From: Deltaproteobacteria bacterium TL4 | GTDB taxonomy: Bacteria > SAR324 > NAC60-12 | DNA: 31,128 bases | Direction of reading: 5' to 3' | Assembly: GCA_051382335.1 (NCBI GenBank) | Contig: JBBCAX010000281.1 | Coordinates: 1 to 31,128 of the forward strand | In this document: positions 19,356 through 28,239 of the stretch, piece after piece | Position numbering within the stretch: the stretch's first letter is position 1 | Layout: each line of letters starts with the position of its first letter | Notes under the pieces: generated by a model | Database searches by the model: none | What the model was told of the DNA's origin: nothing | The model's input: the letters and a program-made list of their open reading frames with translations, nothing else | Made by a program: the position numbers and the translations under genes

Positions 19356-21756
19356 ATGGAAATCATTGACAACCTCACCACGTTGTTGGGAGATAATCTA
19401 AAGAAAACCCTCCGGCCTGACTCAAAGCTGAAGATTGCCGCTTCCTGCTTCTCTATTTACGCCTATGAAGCTTTGAAAGCGGAAATGGAAAAGATCGACT
19501 CTCTCAATTTCCTGTTCACCTCGCCTACCTTCATCTCCAACCAGATCATTGACAAACTCGGTAAAGAAAAACGTGAGTTCCATATTCCCAAGCTCAAGCG
19601 GGAGAGCAGTCTGTACGGTTCAGAATTTGAGATCCGCTTGAAGAATGAACTGACGCAACGTGCCATAGCCAAAGAATGTGCTGAATGGATCAAGCGTAAG
19701 GTCAAATTCAAATCGAATAGTACCCAAGCCCCCATGCAGCAGTTTGCTTGTGTCGAGGGTGCTCAGACAAAGTCGGTGTATCTACCGCTAAGTGGTTTTA
19801 CAGCCGTTGATTTGGGCTATCAGAAGGGAGATGCTGTATCAAATTTCGTCAATAAAATAGAGGATCCCACCCTGACAAATACCTATCTGCACCTGTTTAA
19901 CCAGATATGGCATGACCACGACAAGGTCAGCGATATCACGGAACAGGTGTGTGAGCATATTGCTGCGGTATATACTGAAAATTCCCCTGAATCGATTTAC
20001 TTTCTGATTTTGTTCAATTTGTTCAAAGAATTTCTCGAAGATGTTTCTGAAGATTTCATGCCCAATGACCTGACCGGCTATCAGAACAGTCTTATTTGGG
20101 CAAAGTTGTTCAATTTCCAGAAGGATGCCGCTGTGGGGATCATCAATAAACTGGAAAGCTATAATGGGTGTATCCTGGCGGATAGTGTTGGATTGGGTAA
20201 AACATTTACCGCACTGGCTGTGATTAAATATTACGAACTGCGCAACAAATCGGTTCTGGTGCTCTGTCCCAAGAAGCTTTCGGACAACTGGCAGAATTAC
20301 AATCAGAACCTCGTCACAAACCTCTTTGCCAAAGATCGTTTTAACTACGATGTTCTGTGTCATACGGATTTGCAGCGTACCCGTGGTTATTCTCTCGGCA
20401 TACGCCTGGATCGGATTAACTGGGGGAACTATGATCTGGTGGTCATTGATGAATCCCATAACTTCCGCAATAATGAAGCCTATAAAGATCGGGAAACTCG
20501 TTACCAGAAGTTGATGAATAATGTGATCAAGGCCGGTGTAAAGACCAAGGTACTGATGTTATCGGCAACACCTGTCAATAACCGCTTCAATGACCTGCGT
20601 AACCAGCTTGCTGATCTTCACTGCTTTTGCCGATACCGCCGCTTATCTCTACAGCAACCTGTACCCCTACAACCTGGAGCACTTTGGCCTGCATACAGCC
20701 AAAGTGACAGGTAGCGACGGTTGCAAGTCCACGCTCAAACATAACTATGATTATCAATCCTTGCTGACTCTGTTCTCTCCGTTATCGAAGGAAAAGGCCA
20801 TGATCTTGCCGAAAGAACCTGCCGAGATTGACATTCTGATTGGAACGGATTGTATCTCCGAAGGACAGAACCTTCAGGACTGTGATTATCTGGTGAACTA
20901 TGACATCCACTGGAATCCGGTTCGTATCATTCAGCGATTTGGGCGGATTGACCGGATTGGCTCTAAAAATACCAGGATACAGCTCGTTAATTTTTGGCCG
21001 GATATCTCGCTGGATGACTACATCAATCTGAAAAACCGTGTAGAAAGCCGCATGGTCATTGCGGATGTTACCGCCACGGGGGATGATAATGTTCTCAGTG
21101 CTGAAGCCAACGACATGGCTTTCCGCAAGGAACAGCTCCAGCGGCTTCAGGAAGAAGTGATTGATCTGGAGGACGTCAAGACCGGAGTCTCCATTACCGA
21201 CCTTGGCTTGAATGACTTCCGTATGGATTTGGTCAATTATGTCAAAGCGAATGGCAACATGGACAGCCTGCCCAGAGGGATGCACGCCGTAATCGGTGTT
21301 GATTCTGAAAAGGGCATTCTCCCCGGTGTGATATTCGTCCTGCGCAATACCGATGAGGGTGTGAAGGTCAACCAACTGAACCGCCTGCACCCCTATTATC
21401 TGATTTACATGGGGATCAATGGCCAGATTGTTATCAATCATACGGAGGTCAAGAAGATCCTCGACCTGCTACGGTCAGCCTGTAAAGGGCGCTCTGAACC
21501 GATTCGCTCCCTGTATGAACCCTTCAACCAGGAAACACACGATGGCCGGAAGATGGAGACTTATTCCCGTTTGCTGGAACAAGCGATTCACTCCATGATT
21601 GATATCAAGGAAGATAAAGATTTGGACAGCCTCTTTTCGAGTGGTGGCACAACCGCTTTACTCAATACCATCCGTGGCTTGAATGACTTTGAACTCATTG
21701 CCTTCCTGGTGGTGAGGGACAACATGGTTCCCTCGCCCCTTGCGGGAGAGGGTTAG
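19356..21756 (+). pseudogene. SNF2-family helicase (type III RM-associated), split by an internal deletion and frameshift at about 20611
   Basis: 5' ORF has ADSVGLGKT, VIDESHNFRN, MLSATP and ends homology at RFNDLRNQLA. The +1 frame resumes at LIFTAFADTAAYLY and continues to TDCISEGQNLQD and WNPVRIIQRFGRIDRIG. Confidence 0.88.
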
Positions 21757-21764
21757 GGTGAGGG
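21730..21764 (+). repeat. CCCTC...GGGAGAGGG-type extragenic palindrome at the helicase/DUF4391 junction
   Basis: CCCTCGCCCCTTGCGGGAGAGGGTTAGGGTGAGGG; contains the helicase stop TAG (21754-21756). Confidence 0.72.
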
Positions 21765-21767
21765 CAA

Positions 21768-22421
21768 ATGTTTATCTACCCTGCAAAGGCTGCCTTCAAC
21801 CGGGTACTGCCAAAGACGAAGATATACGCCAATGCCAAGCCTTCCCCAGCGATCAAGAACAAGTTCGTTTCACAGATCAGTGAAATTATCTGGAAGTATA
21901 AATTGTCCCCGGATACCACCAATCTTGACGCACGGGATGGATACAGTGAGATTCAGATATTCGAGATCATTCTCAAGGAGCCAGAACTCGACACCGATGT
22001 TCTGAGCGTTATCGACAAGGCGATTCCATATCCCCTGTTCTTTCAGTTGCGCTATGAGGATCAGGTGAAGGGAGTAGCCGCTTTTAAGAGGCCAGCAGAG
22101 GCTGGATCAGGAACGTGGGTCATAGAGGCATATTTTGAAACCGGCTGGTCGGATGTCACAACCCCTTCCATACCGCTACCCGTGGCTCTTGATCTGAAAG
22201 CACTGTATGAACAGATGCTTCTGGCTTACATTGACCTGCCACCCTCCAATGGGGAAGCGTTAGCCTCTCTCGTGGAGCGTGTCAGACAGACTCGGAAATT
22301 AAAGCGAGAGCTGAAAGCCCTGGAAGCCAAGTTGAACAGTGAAAAGCAGTTTAACCGCAAGGTGGAGTTGAATGCCCAAATACGGGAGATTATGAAGAAG
22401 TTGACCGGGGAAAAACGTTGA
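21768..22421 (+). CDS. DUF4391 family protein
   Basis: FNRVLPKTKIY...FVSQISEIIWKYKL...EIQIFEI...IDKAIPYP...EKQFNRKVELN; sits between the SNF2 helicase and type III mod. Confidence 0.85.
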   Translation: MFIYPAKAAFNRVLPKTKIYANAKPSPAIKNKFVSQISEIIWKYKLSPDTTNLDARDGYSEIQIFEIILKEPELDTDVLSVIDKAIPYPLFFQLRYEDQVKGVAAFKRPAEAGSGTWVIEAYFETGWSDVTTPSIPLPVALDLKALYEQMLLAYIDLPPSNGEALASLVERVRQTRKLKRELKALEAKLNSEKQFNRKVELNAQIREIMKKLTGEKR

Positions 22422-22516
22422 CCGTTGACCGTTGACCGTTGACAGGAAAAAAACGGAGAACGGGGAACGGAGAACGGAATTACGGTGAACGGTAAACAGA
22501 GAACGGAGAACGGAAT
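22416..22516 (+). repeat. Heptamer hairpin module 1: (CCGTTGA)x4, loop, (AACGGNN)x9
   Basis: cgttga-ccgttga-ccgttga-ccgttga-caggaaaaa-aacggag-aacgggg-aacggag-aacggaat-tacggtg-aacggta-aacagag-aacggag-aacggaat-ATG. Confidence 0.95.
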
Positions 22517-22861
22517 ATGAACTCTTTTGAAGATTTGGAAGTTTGGAAAAAAGCCTGCCGTCTTAGTGTTGATGTGTATAAGATGCTAAAAGACACAAAG
22601 GATTATGGGCTGAAAGACCAGATGTGCCGTGCTGCTGTTTCGATTCCCAGCAATATTGCGGAGGGGAGCGAACGACATAGCAAAGCGGATTTTATCCGTT
22701 TTTTGCGCATTGCAATGGGATCAGCAGCAGAACTGCGAACGCAAATGTATATTGCTATTGAAATTGAACTTATTCCCAAAGAAACGGCAAAAGACTTTAT
22801 TGAAAGATTAAAATCAATCTCACAAATGCTTCAGGCTCTTGTGAATTCTCTGAACCGTTGA
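22517..22861 (+). CDS. Four-helix-bundle protein (23S rRNA IVP / Avd-like family)
   Basis: SFEDLEVWKKA...DYGLKDQMCRAAVSIPSNIAEGSER...FIRFLRIAMGSAAELRTQ. Confidence 0.93.
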   Translation: MNSFEDLEVWKKACRLSVDVYKMLKDTKDYGLKDQMCRAAVSIPSNIAEGSERHSKADFIRFLRIAMGSAAELRTQMYIAIEIELIPKETAKDFIERLKSISQMLQALVNSLNR

Positions 22862-22964
22862 CCGATCACCGTTGACCGTTGACCGTGAAAAAACGGAGAA
22901 CGGGAAACGGAGAACGGGAAACGGTAAATACGGAGAACGGTGAACGGAAAAAAAGGAGAACAGA
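22855..22964 (+). repeat. Heptamer hairpin module 2
   Basis: ccgttga-ccgatca-ccgttga-ccgttga-ccgtgaaaa-aacggag-aacggga-aacggag-aacggga-aacggta...aacggtg-aacgg...ggagaacagaATG. Confidence 0.95.
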
Positions 22965-24188
22965 ATGAAAAAAAACAGGAAACTGACGAAAACAATCACG
23001 GATAATTCGCTGCTTGATCGTGTTGTTTTGATTCTGGAGCAGGCTCGCACCCATGTGGTCAGAGCGGTTAATAGCAGTATGGTGACGGCTTATTGGCTGA
23101 TCGGGCGTGAGATTGTGTTGGAACTCCAGGGCGGTGATGAACGGGCAGAATATGGCAAGCAGGTGATTGAAAACCTATCTAAACAACTAACCGTAAGATA
23201 CGGCAAGGGATTTTCAGTGGCCAACCTGAAAAACTTCAGACAGTTTTATTCAACCTATTCTGAAGGCCTTGAAAAGAAAAGCTCCCCACAGGGTAGCCAA
23301 TTGCTTTCACCTCTTGGAATAAGCTACCCGTCAGGTAGCGAATTGAATGATCCGCAAAAACTCTACCCAATGGGCGGGGAATTGACAGTGTCAGCGCAAA
23401 AGGGTCGCACAACGGGTGACGAGCCTGTACCGTGTTTCAATCCACACCTGAGCTGGTCACACTATCGGGCACTGATGCGGGTTGTCAAACCGGAAGCCCG
23501 TGAGTTCTATGAGCGGGAGGCCATTGAATGCTGCTGGGATAAACGGTCGCTGGAGCGGCAGATCCATTCGCAGTATTACGAACGAATGCTGAAAAGCCAG
23601 AACCCGCAGAAAATGATAGAAACTGCACGGCGGGAAAGTGTACCACGCACGGAAAGTATTGAGACCTTGAAAAATCCGTATGTCCTGGAGTTTTTAGGGC
23701 TGCCGGAAGTATCTACGTTGCACGAAAAACAGCTTGAATCCGCAATTATCACCCACCTGCAAACCTTTCTTCTGGAGCTTGGCAAAGGCTTTGCCTTTGT
23801 AGCTCGTCAGAAACGTATGCGCTTTGAAGATACCGACCATTATGTTGATCTGGTCTTCTATAACTGCATCCTCAAATGCTATCTGCTGATTGACCTTAAA
23901 ATGGGTGAGCTATCCTATCAGGATGTGGGGCAGATGGATGGCTATGTTCGCATGTTTGAGGATCTGTACACCGCACCCGATGACAACCCCACTATTGGTC
24001 TTATTCTGTGTGCGGAAAAGAATGAAGCCGTGGCAAAGTATTCTGTTCTGAGTGACCGCAAACAGATTTTCGCCTCGAAATATATGCTATATCTCCCCAC
24101 TGAAGCGGAATTAGCCAGGGAACTGGAACGAGAACAACGCTTGATTGAGGCTTATCTGGCTGAACAGGAAGATACCGTTGACCGTTGA
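22965..24188 (+). CDS. YhcG/DUF1016 PD-(D/E)XK nuclease-family protein
   Basis: YWLIGREIV, RAEYGKQVI, GKGFSVANL, LSWSHY, KNPYVLEFLGL, FLLELGKGFAFVARQ, VDLVFYN...LIDLK, GQMDGYV, DNPTIGLILC. Confidence 0.93.
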   Translation: MKKNRKLTKTITDNSLLDRVVLILEQARTHVVRAVNSSMVTAYWLIGREIVLELQGGDERAEYGKQVIENLSKQLTVRYGKGFSVANLKNFRQFYSTYSEGLEKKSSPQGSQLLSPLGISYPSGSELNDPQKLYPMGGELTVSAQKGRTTGDEPVPCFNPHLSWSHYRALMRVVKPEAREFYEREAIECCWDKRSLERQIHSQYYERMLKSQNPQKMIETARRESVPRTESIETLKNPYVLEFLGLPEVSTLHEKQLESAIITHLQTFLLELGKGFAFVARQKRMRFEDTDHYVDLVFYNCILKCYLLIDLKMGELSYQDVGQMDGYVRMFEDLYTAPDDNPTIGLILCAEKNEAVAKYSVLSDRKQIFASKYMLYLPTEAELARELEREQRLIEAYLAEQEDTVDR

Positions 24189-24345
24189 CCGTTAGCCGTT
24201 GACCGAAAAATACGGAGAACGAAATCCGTTGTCTGATCACCGTTAGCCGTTGACCGAAAAATACGGGGAACGGGGAACGGAGAACGATAAATGTTGACCG
24301 TTGACCGGAAAAAAACGGTAAACAGTGAACGGTAAACGGTAAACA
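24175..24345 (+). repeat. Heptamer hairpin module 3 (three tandem sub-modules)
   Basis: Three ccgttga/ccgttag runs, each followed by an A-rich loop and an aacgg/tacgg run (approximately 24175-24222, 24226-24288, 24292-24345). Confidence 0.93.
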
Positions 24346-24365
24346 ATTTTTAAAAAGGAATAATC

Positions 24366-26246
24366 ATGGACAAAATGAAGATGCAAACCCCCAATTTAGT
24401 GGATGAAAACATCAAAAAAATAGCAGCACTTTTTCCCAATTGCATCACCGAGACAATTTCCACAGTCAACGGTCAACAGCAAACGGTCAACGGAATAGAC
24501 TTTGACCAGTTACGGCAAGAACTTTCAGCAAGTCTGGTCGAAGGCCCCCAGGAACGCTACACCTTGAACTGGCCCGGTAAAAATGAGGCGATACTGACCG
24601 CTAACGCTCCCATTGCCAAAACGCTGCGACCTTACAAGGCAGAGAGTGTTGATTTTGAGAACACCCGGAACGTCTATATCGAAGGCGATAATCTGGATGC
24701 GCTCAAACTGCTTCAGGAAACCTACCTGAACAAAGTGAAGATGATCTATATCGACCCCCCCTACAACACTGGCAATGATTTCATTTATAATGATGATTTT
24801 GCAGAAGATGCGGAAGAATTCCTACAACGTTCCAATCAGAAGGATGAGCTGGGTAACCGACTTGTTGCTAATACGGAAGCAAATGGACGGTTTCATTCGG
24901 ATTGGCTGACGATGATCTATCCGAGATTAAAGTTGGCTCGGAACCTGTTGAGGGAAGATGGAGTAATCTTCATATCCGTTGATGACAATGAAGCTTGTAA
25001 TATCAAAAAAGTATGTGGTGAAATTTTTGGTTCAGACAATTTTATTGAACAACTTGTATGGAAAAAGAGAGCTAATACCCCTAATGATAGATATATCGGT
25101 AAGATACATGAATATATAATCGTTTTTGCCAAAAGCATAAATAATACTGAACTTTATTTGCAAGAGAGGAAGCCTGAGTTAGATGATAAATATAAAAACC
25201 CCAATAATGATCCAAGAGGTCCTTGGTTTCCTGATAATTTGAGTGCTAATGGGAAAGGTGGTCGTTTAGTTGCTTCATGTGTTTTCCCGATAAAAAATCC
25301 TATAAATGGGCAGGAATATTTTCCACCACAAAATAAATGCTGGCTGTACAATAAAGATAAAGTAAATGAAATGCTAAAAGACAATAGAATTGGCTTCCGA
25401 GAAGGTTCCGGTGCTCCTTATTTAAAAAGGTTTCTGTCGGAAGTTAGACAAGGAAGCACTTTGCCAACTTTGATACTTGATGGCGGTTTTTCAGCAGATT
25501 CTGCAAAAGAAATAAAATCTTTATTTGGACTAGATGTAGCTGAATTTCCCAAGCCTACACTCTTGATAAAAAAGATATTACGTACAGGACTTGGTTCCAA
25601 CGATATTGTCCTCGATTTTTTCTCCGGTTCCGCCACCACTGCCCACGCTGTGATGCAACTCAATGCCGAAGACAACGGCAACCGTAAATTCATCATGGTG
25701 CAGCTCCCCGAACCGTGCGCTGAACAAACAGAAGCTTTCAAGGCAGGTTACAAAACCATTGCTGAAATCGGCAAGGAACGAATTCGCCGTGCCGGTAAGA
25801 AGATCAAGGAAGAAAACCCCCTCACCACCCAAAACCTCGATGTGGGTTTCCGAGTGTTCAAAGTGGACACTTCCAACCTGAAGGAGGTGTATTATACGCC
25901 GGAGGAACTGAAACAGGAAAATCTGGAACTGTTCAAAGATCACATCAAGCCCGACCGAAGCCCCGAAGACCTGCTGTTTCAGGTGTTCATTGATTGGGGT
26001 CTTGACCTCACCCTCCCCATTACCCAAAAAACCATTGATGGCAAGACGGTCTTCCTGGTGGATACCAATGCCTTGATCGCCTGTTTTGATTCCCCTGTGA
26101 CCGAAGATCTGGTGAAGAAGTTGGCCGCTTACAAACCCTTGCGGGTGGTCTTCCGGGATGATGCCTTTAGCAGCGATAGCGTCAAGATCAACGTCGAGCA
26201 GATTTTCAAACTCATTTCGCCTGGAACGGAAGTAAAGACTCTTTAA
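24366..26246 (+). CDS. mod: Type III restriction-modification adenine methyltransferase (Mod), intact
   Basis: ERYTLNWPGK, YIEGDNLDALKLL, MIYIDPPYNTG, HSDWLTMIYPRL, FPKP, VLDFFSGSATTAHAV, GKERIRRA, GFRVFK. Confidence 0.96.
   Translation: MDKMKMQTPNLVDENIKKIAALFPNCITETISTVNGQQQTVNGIDFDQLRQELSASLVEGPQERYTLNWPGKNEAILTANAPIAKTLRPYKAESVDFENTRNVYIEGDNLDALKLLQETYLNKVKMIYIDPPYNTGNDFIYNDDFAEDAEEFLQRSNQKDELGNRLVANTEANGRFHSDWLTMIYPRLKLARNLLREDGVIFISVDDNEACNIKKVCGEIFGSDNFIEQLVWKKRANTPNDRYIGKIHEYIIVFAKSINNTELYLQERKPELDDKYKNPNNDPRGPWFPDNLSANGKGGRLVASCVFPIKNPINGQEYFPPQNKCWLYNKDKVNEMLKDNRIGFREGSGAPYLKRFLSEVRQGSTLPTLILDGGFSADSAKEIKSLFGLDVAEFPKPTLLIKKILRTGLGSNDIVLDFFSGSATTAHAVMQLNAEDNGNRKFIMVQLPEPCAEQTEAFKAGYKTIAEIGKERIRRAGKKIKEENPLTTQNLDVGFRVFKVDTSNLKEVYYTPEELKQENLELFKDHIKPDRSPEDLLFQVFIDWGLDLTLPITQKTIDGKTVFLVDTNALIACFDSPVTEDLVKKLAAYKPLRVVFRDDAFSSDSVKINVEQIFKLISPGTEVKTL
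24466..24493 (-). repeat. Inverted copies of the CCGTTGA heptamer inside mod
   Basis: tcaacgg-tcaacag-caaacgg-tcaacgg (reverse complement of ccgttga), encoding VNGQQQTVNG. Confidence 0.85.
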
Positions 26247-26248
26247 AT

Positions 26249-26352
26249 CGTTGACCGGAAAAGACGTTGACCGTTAGCCGTTGACCGTTGAGCGGGAAAA
26301 TACGGAGAACGGGAAACGGGGAACGGAGAACGGAGAACGGGAAACGGTGAAC
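26249..26352 (+). repeat. Heptamer hairpin module 4
   Basis: cgttgaccggaaaaga-cgttga-ccgttag-ccgttga-ccgttga-gcgggaaaa-tacggag-aacggga-aacgggg-aacggag-aacggag-aacggga-aacggtg-aac. Confidence 0.95.
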
Positions 26353-26376
26353 AATTTTTAAAAAGGACCTCATGTC

Positions 26377-28035
26377 ATGGAAAAACAAGCACTGCTAGAA
26401 CTTCTTTCTCATCTGATTTCTTGTTGGGAAAACGAAGTGATTGAGTTCAAAAATGTTGGAGATTCCTATTCTACTTCAGATATCGGCAAATACTTTTCTG
26501 CTCTTGCTAATGAAGCCAACTTGAGGGATTCAGAAAAAGCCTGGCTGGTATTTGGCGTGGATAATAAAACCCGATCCATTGTTGGCAGCGACTACCGAAA
26601 GGAGAAAGATCGTTTACAAAAAACGAAATTACAAATTTCAGAACAGACCGAGCCAAGCATTACTTTTCGGGAAATCCACGAACTGGCAACAGATACAGGG
26701 AGAGTCATCCTGTTTGAGATTCCAGCCGCCCCCTTTGGAATGCCTATCGCCTGGAACGGGCATTATTATGCTCGTGCCGGAGAAAGCCTGACTCATCTAG
26801 GGTTGGATAAACTGGATGAAATTCGTAAGCAAGCCGGAGCTTCCGATTGGTCAGGTCAAGTGGTTACCTCTGCGACGGTGGATCATCTTGATCTAAAAGC
26901 CTTATCCAAAGCGAGGGAGTCTTTCACCCAGAAATATGCCAATCGATTTGCCGTTGATGAAGTCATGTCCTGGCCCGAAACCACTTTCCTGGATCGTGCA
27001 AAATTGACCAAGGACAGACAAATCACCCGTGCCACTCTGTTATTACTGGGGAAGGCGGAAGCGGCGCATCTACTTTCACCGCATCCTGCGCAAATGACCT
27101 GGAAGCTGGAAGGCACCGAACGAGCTTATCAGCATTTTGGCCCCCCATTTCTGCTCAATACCAGTGCGCTTTACCAGAAAATCCGCAATATTCAGTTGCG
27201 TATTCTTCCAGAAGAACAGTTGCTCCCCATTGAAGTATCTAAATATGATCAAAAGATTGTATTGGAGGCCTTGCACAACTGCATTGCTCATCAGGATTAT
27301 ACACGAAGTGGCCGAATCATTGTAACAGAACTCCCTGACAGGCTTATGTTTGAAAATGAAGGCTGTTTTTTTGAAGGACAGCCTGAGGATTATATTTCCG
27401 GGCACAAAACCCCAAGGCGCTACCGCAATCCTTTTCTCGCTCAGGCCATGACAGAGCTGAATATGATTGATTCCAGGGGCTATGGAATTTATGAGATGCA
27501 CCTTGGACAGGCACGGCGCTATTTTCCTCTCCCGGATTATGATTTGAGCGAGTCTGATGCTGTAAAAATAACGATTCATGGAAAGATTGTTGATCCCGCT
27601 TATAGCCGTATGCTGATCCAAAAAACAAACCTGACGCTGCAAGATATCTTTGCGCTTGATCGCGTCCAGAAAAAACTCCCCATTGATGATGAAGTGGCGA
27701 AACATTTGCGCAGGGAAAATCTTATTGAAGGCAGGAAACCCAACTATCATGTCTCTGCAACCGTTGCCGCCGCAACCTCAAGCAAGGCGGATTATATTCG
27801 TACACGTACCCAGGATGACGATTATTACACGAAGCTAGTTCATGATTATCTGGTTAAATTTGGCTCTGCCACCCGTAAGGAGATTGATGATCTGCTGTGG
27901 GGAAAATTGAGTGAGGCTTTGGATGATGAACAAAAACGGAACAAAATCGGTAACTTGATCACGGGAATGCGAACTACAGAAACAATAGTCAATATAGGAT
28001 CTCGTAAAGTACCTAAATGGATTCTCAAAGAATAA
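26377..28035 (+). CDS. AlbA_2 (Schlafen-like) plus HATPase_c_4 domain protein with a probable C-terminal wHTH
   Basis: ENEVIEFK, YFSALANEAN, LVFGVDN, YYARAGES, EALHNCIAHQDY, YRNPFLAQAMTELNMIDSRGYGI. Confidence 0.85.
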   Translation: MEKQALLELLSHLISCWENEVIEFKNVGDSYSTSDIGKYFSALANEANLRDSEKAWLVFGVDNKTRSIVGSDYRKEKDRLQKTKLQISEQTEPSITFREIHELATDTGRVILFEIPAAPFGMPIAWNGHYYARAGESLTHLGLDKLDEIRKQAGASDWSGQVVTSATVDHLDLKALSKARESFTQKYANRFAVDEVMSWPETTFLDRAKLTKDRQITRATLLLLGKAEAAHLLSPHPAQMTWKLEGTERAYQHFGPPFLLNTSALYQKIRNIQLRILPEEQLLPIEVSKYDQKIVLEALHNCIAHQDYTRSGRIIVTELPDRLMFENEGCFFEGQPEDYISGHKTPRRYRNPFLAQAMTELNMIDSRGYGIYEMHLGQARRYFPLPDYDLSESDAVKITIHGKIVDPAYSRMLIQKTNLTLQDIFALDRVQKKLPIDDEVAKHLRRENLIEGRKPNYHVSATVAAATSSKADYIRTRTQDDDYYTKLVHDYLVKFGSATRKEIDDLLWGKLSEALDDEQKRNKIGNLITGMRTTETIVNIGSRKVPKWILKE

Positions 28036-28078
28036 AAAGAATAAATTAAGAATAAATTAAGAATAAATTAAGAATAAA
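28028..28078 (+). repeat. 11-bp tandem repeat AAGAATAAATT (3 full copies plus 2 partial)
   Basis: Full copies at 28037, 28048 and 28059; partial copies at 28028 and 28070; overlaps the stop codon of the AlbA_2 gene. Confidence 0.88.
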
Positions 28079-28239
28079 AATCTATAAAATGTAATAGAAT
28101 TATGGTGTTAGCAACAACAGTGTTGAAACGAAATTTAAATTATTTTCGTCATAGATAGTTGTAACCTGTATAGAAATTTCACGCCCAATGGGTGTTAAAT
28201 TGCCTCTTTCTAAAAAAGGTTACCCAAAATGATAAATGA

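Noticed and set aside
22517..22861. Diversity-generating retroelement or 23S rRNA intervening sequence
   Set aside because: No reverse transcriptase, no TR/VR pair with adenine-specific mismatches, and no rRNA sequence in the window.
19839..27750. Long antisense ORFs (19839..20459, 20782..21441, 25578..26027, 27076..27750)
   Set aside because: Shadow frames opposite well-supported genes, with no motifs.
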